This document shows, in pieces, positions 7,606 through 10,066 of a DNA stretch of 10,066 bases (position 1 is its first letter; each line of letters starts with the position of its first letter). The DNA is taken from NCBI GenBank assembly GCA_046754105.1, contig JBHHVD010000102.1, forward strand, positions 1-10,066, in the 5' to 3' direction. This DNA comes from Candidatus Krumholzibacteriia bacterium. GTDB taxonomy: Bacteria > Krumholzibacteriota > Krumholzibacteriia > WVZY01. The position numbers and the translations under genes were made by a program. The notes beneath the pieces are model-generated. The model did not search any database, had not been told where the DNA came from, and saw only the letters and a list, made by a program, of their open reading frames with translations.

Positions 7606-7830
7606 TCAGACCGCTCAGGTCCCGCCGAATCCGACGATGACCGCCTCACCGTCGACGATCACCGGGACGTCTCGGCCACCCTCGGTGTGTACGAGCATCT
7701 CTTCGAGCGCGGCGGGGTCCTTCTTTACGTTCTTGTACTCGACCGTGCGGTCTCTGCTGGCGTAATCCTCACGGGCCGCCGTGGTGTAGGGTCAGGTGTC
7801 CTTGCCGAATATCAAAACCTTGTTCGCCAT
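7606..7830 (-). CDS. Glutaredoxin-like selenoprotein with two Sec residues (UXX-star type), 74 aa: MANKVLIFGKDTUPYTTAAREDYASRDRTVEYKNVKKDPAALEEMLVHTEGGRDVPVIVDGEAVIVGFGGTUAV
   Basis: SD AGGAG (7840-7836) before ATG 7830. In-frame TGA at codon 13 (7794-7792) occupies the first Cys position of the Grx CPYC motif. Grx hallmarks downstream include VEYKNV, cis-Pro motif DVPVIV and IVGF. Second TGA at codon 72 (7617-7615), then Ala-Val-TGA stop (7608-7606). Confidence 0.88.
7767..7790 (-). promoter_or_regulatory. Candidate SECIS hairpin for the first UGA (U13)
   Basis: Minus strand reads UGA-C-CCU-ACAC-CACGG-CGGC-CCGUG-AGG: a 5-bp upper stem with a G-containing tetraloop plus a CCU/AGG lower stem. 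Confidence 0.55.
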
Positions 7831-7973
7831 GTGCTCTCCTGTCGTCTGAGTGTCGCGCGATGCGTCGCGGCATTGGCCCGGGTTCTTCGCCCGCCACCCG
7901 CATCGGGTTGCGGCCCGAGATCATTCGCATGGCGCTTCGCCCGCTGCGTTCGTTCCCGGCGCCGATCCCGCGG

Positions 7974-8003
7974 AGCATATCCCGGAATGGATTGCCGTTG
8001 CAA
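7974..8003 (-). promoter_or_regulatory. Putative promoter for the selenoprotein gene (divergent from moxR)
   Basis: Minus strand TTGCAA (8003-7998), 18-nt spacer, TATGCT (7979-7974). Confidence 0.4.
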
Positions 8004-8016
8004 GCCCACATTTCCC

Positions 8017-8045
8017 GTAACATATTGAAGTTAGGGTGGTATAAT
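8017..8045 (+). promoter_or_regulatory. Putative extended -10 promoter for the moxR operon
   Basis: TGGTATAAT at 8037-8045 (TGn plus perfect TATAAT); weak -35 GTAACA 17 nt upstream. Confidence 0.6.
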
Positions 8046-8108
8046 CGGATATCTCTGCGCGAGCCGCCCACGTTTCGGCACCGCCCCCCGCACACGGAAA
8101 GGGAAGGA

Positions 8109-9104
8109 ATGGAAGCGAACTACGAAGACAGCGCGGTTGTGGAGGAAGTTAAACGGTTCAACGAGACCTTCGAACGGCTTCGAGGCGAGGTGGGCAAGGT
8201 CATCGTCGGCCAGAAGCAGGTCGTGGAAGAATTGCTCATCGCACTCTTTTCCGGTGGCCATTGCCTGCTGGTCGGGGTGCCGGGGCTGGCGAAAACCCTC
8301 CTCATTTCCACAGTGGCCCGCTGCCTCGATCTGCGGTTCTCGCGAATCCAGTTTACGCCCGATCTGATGCCCTCGGATATCACGGGCACCGAGATCCTCG
8401 AAGAAGAAGCCGGAACGGGAAAACGGCTCTTCAAGTTCGTCCGTGGCCCCATATTCGCCAACGTCGTCCTGGCCGACGAAGTCAACCGCACGCCACCCAA
8501 GACACAGGCGGCGTTATTGCAGGCGATGCAGGAACACGAGGTAACCGCGGGCGGCAAGACCTTCCAGCTCGAGCTTCCGTTTTTCGTGCTCGCCACCCAG
8601 AATCCGATCGAGCAAGAGGGGACCTATCCGCTGCCCGAAGCGCAACTGGACCGGTTCATGTTCCACGTCAACGTCGATTATCCAAGCGAAGAAGAGGAAC
8701 GGGAGGTCGTGGAGTCAACCACGTCCACGATTCCCGGCGAGCCGGAAATCGTGCTGCGCGCGGACGAGATCCTGCGCATCCAGAAGCTTATCAAACGCGT
8801 GCCCATTTCGAACCACGTCTTGAATTACGCGATTCGTCTCGTGCGGGCGACGAGAGACGGCTCGGTAGACGGCGTACACGACTACGTCAACTGGGGCGCG
8901 GGGCCCCGGGCGGGACAGCACCTGGTGATGGGCAGCAAGGTTCGGGCGATCATGCAGGGCCGGCCGACCCCGGCGTGTGAAGACGTGCGAACCATCGCGC
9001 GGCCCGTATTGCGGCACCGGATCGTGACCAACTTCAACGCGGACGCCGACGGAGTGGCCACCGACGAGATCATCGACAGGCTGCTGGAAAAGATCAAGGA
9101 ATAG
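8109..9104 (+). CDS. moxR: MoxR family AAA+ ATPase, ~331 aa
   Basis: Walker A GVPGLAKT, RIQFTPDLMPSDITG, Walker B VLADEVNRTPPKTQAALL, ATQNPIEQEGTYPLPEAQLDRF and WGAGPRA. Start ATG 8109 follows a purine-rich SD region; the upstream extension to 7860 is not family-like. Confidence 0.96.
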   Translation: MEANYEDSAVVEEVKRFNETFERLRGEVGKVIVGQKQVVEELLIALFSGGHCLLVGVPGLAKTLLISTVARCLDLRFSRIQFTPDLMPSDITGTEILEEEAGTGKRLFKFVRGPIFANVVLADEVNRTPPKTQAALLQAMQEHEVTAGGKTFQLELPFFVLATQNPIEQEGTYPLPEAQLDRFMFHVNVDYPSEEEEREVVESTTSTIPGEPEIVLRADEILRIQKLIKRVPISNHVLNYAIRLVRATRDGSVDGVHDYVNWGAGPRAGQHLVMGSKVRAIMQGRPTPACEDVRTIARPVLRHRIVTNFNADADGVATDEIIDRLLEKIKE

Positions 9105-9144
9105 CCCACCACACACCGCCCGGGAAGAATCAAAGGTCAAAGGC

Positions 9145-10059
9145 GTGCGAACCCGTCAAAAACGCGCAATCTCCAGGTTTCTCGACCCGGTTGTGGTGAG
9201 CCGGCTGGGAAGCATGGAGCTCAAGGCGAGACTGATCGTCGAGGGCTTCATCTCCGGCATGCACCGCAGCCCCTATCATGGCTTCTCGGTCGAGTTCGCC
9301 GAATACCGCCAGTACATGCAGGGCGATAATATTAAGAACCTGGACTGGAAGGTCTTCGGAAAGACGGATCGTTATTACATGAAAGTGTACGAAGAAGAAA
9401 CCAACCTCAAGGCGACCATTATCCTGGATAAGAGCGGATCGATGGGTTTCTCTTCGCAGGATGGCGGCGTTGACAAACTGACGTACAGCAGCCTGCTGGC
9501 GGCGAGTCTTTCTTACCTCCTGATCGGGCAGCAGGACGCAGTCGGCCTGTGTCTTTTCGATGACCGGGTCCGCGAGCTGACGCCGCATCGCTCCGTCCGC
9601 AAACACCTCTTCTACCTCCTTGCGGCGCTCGACAAATCGATCCCCGGGGCCCGCACGCGGATCAGCCCGACGCTCCACTCGATCGCCGAACGCGTAAAAC
9701 GCCGCGGTCTCGTCGTCCTCATTTCCGACCTCATGGACGATCCGGAAGAGGTCCTGATGGGTCTGAAGCACTTCCGGCACCGCAAGCACGAAGTACTTGT
9801 TTTCCACATCCTGGACCCGCGCGAGATGGACCTGGATTACCGGGACGAGATTGAGTTCCGGGATATGGAGAGCGACAGACGGGTGCGAGTGGAGCCGGCT
9901 TTCATCAAGAAGGAATACACGAACCGCGTCCGCGAGTGGATTCACAAGCTGGAACGGAGCTGCAAGGAACACCAAATAGACTACAACCAGTTGACGACGA
10001 CCACGCCCTTCGACCAGGCGCTGACCGCGTTTCTCAACAAGCGCGACAGGATGAGCTGA
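9145..10059 (+). CDS. DUF58 / vWA domain protein (MoxR partner), 304 aa
   Basis: GMHRSPYHGFSVEFAEYRQY, DWKVFGKTDRYYMKVYEEET, MIDAS-like DKSGSM, QQDAVGL and VLISDL; standard position after moxR. Confidence 0.93.
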   Translation: MRTRQKRAISRFLDPVVVSRLGSMELKARLIVEGFISGMHRSPYHGFSVEFAEYRQYMQGDNIKNLDWKVFGKTDRYYMKVYEEETNLKATIILDKSGSMGFSSQDGGVDKLTYSSLLAASLSYLLIGQQDAVGLCLFDDRVRELTPHRSVRKHLFYLLAALDKSIPGARTRISPTLHSIAERVKRRGLVVLISDLMDDPEEVLMGLKHFRHRKHEVLVFHILDPREMDLDYRDEIEFRDMESDRRVRVEPAFIKKEYTNRVREWIHKLERSCKEHQIDYNQLTTTTPFDQALTAFLNKRDRMS

Positions 10060-10066
10060 TCCGGTG

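Noticed and set aside
7606..7830. Reading the glutaredoxin-like gene as a pseudogene, or as UGA=Trp/Gly recoding
   Set aside because: The UGA falls exactly at the catalytic Cys position, the frame is otherwise intact with an SD and hairpins, and UGA terminates four other genes in the window.
7496..8095. ORFs 7496..7765(+), 7579..8028(+), 7769..8095(-) and 7812..8009(-)
   Set aside because: Shadow frames of the selenoprotein gene and the promoter region, with no recognisable motifs.
7860..8108. 83-aa N-terminal extension of MoxR in the ORF track
   Set aside because: Arg/Pro-rich non-family sequence that spans promoter-like elements; ATG 8109 has an SD and matches the family start.

Overview
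GC-rich bacterial chromosomal segment with an origin-proximal gene order. On the + strand: mnmG(gidA), rsmG(gidB), two parS palindromes, an Ig-like/beta-helix lipoprotein, parA, parB, an M23 peptidase and a bactofilin, then an intrinsic terminator and a cluster of DnaA boxes. After that come a MoxR AAA+ ATPase and a DUF58/vWA gene. The main hidden feature is missing from the ORF track: a 74-codon minus-strand gene (7606..7830) encoding a cysteine-free glutaredoxin-like protein with two in-frame UGA codons (U13 in a U-P-Y-T active-site motif, U72 in a C-terminal U-A-V-stop). Each UGA is followed by a candidate SECIS hairpin, which fits a two-selenocysteine 'UXX-star'-type selenoprotein. Other points of interest are a probable non-canonical AUC start for the lipoprotein, an RsmG lacking several usually conserved residues, and a possible oriC or DnaA-box cluster with no dnaA in the window. 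All calls come from reading the sequence by eye; no database searches were run.
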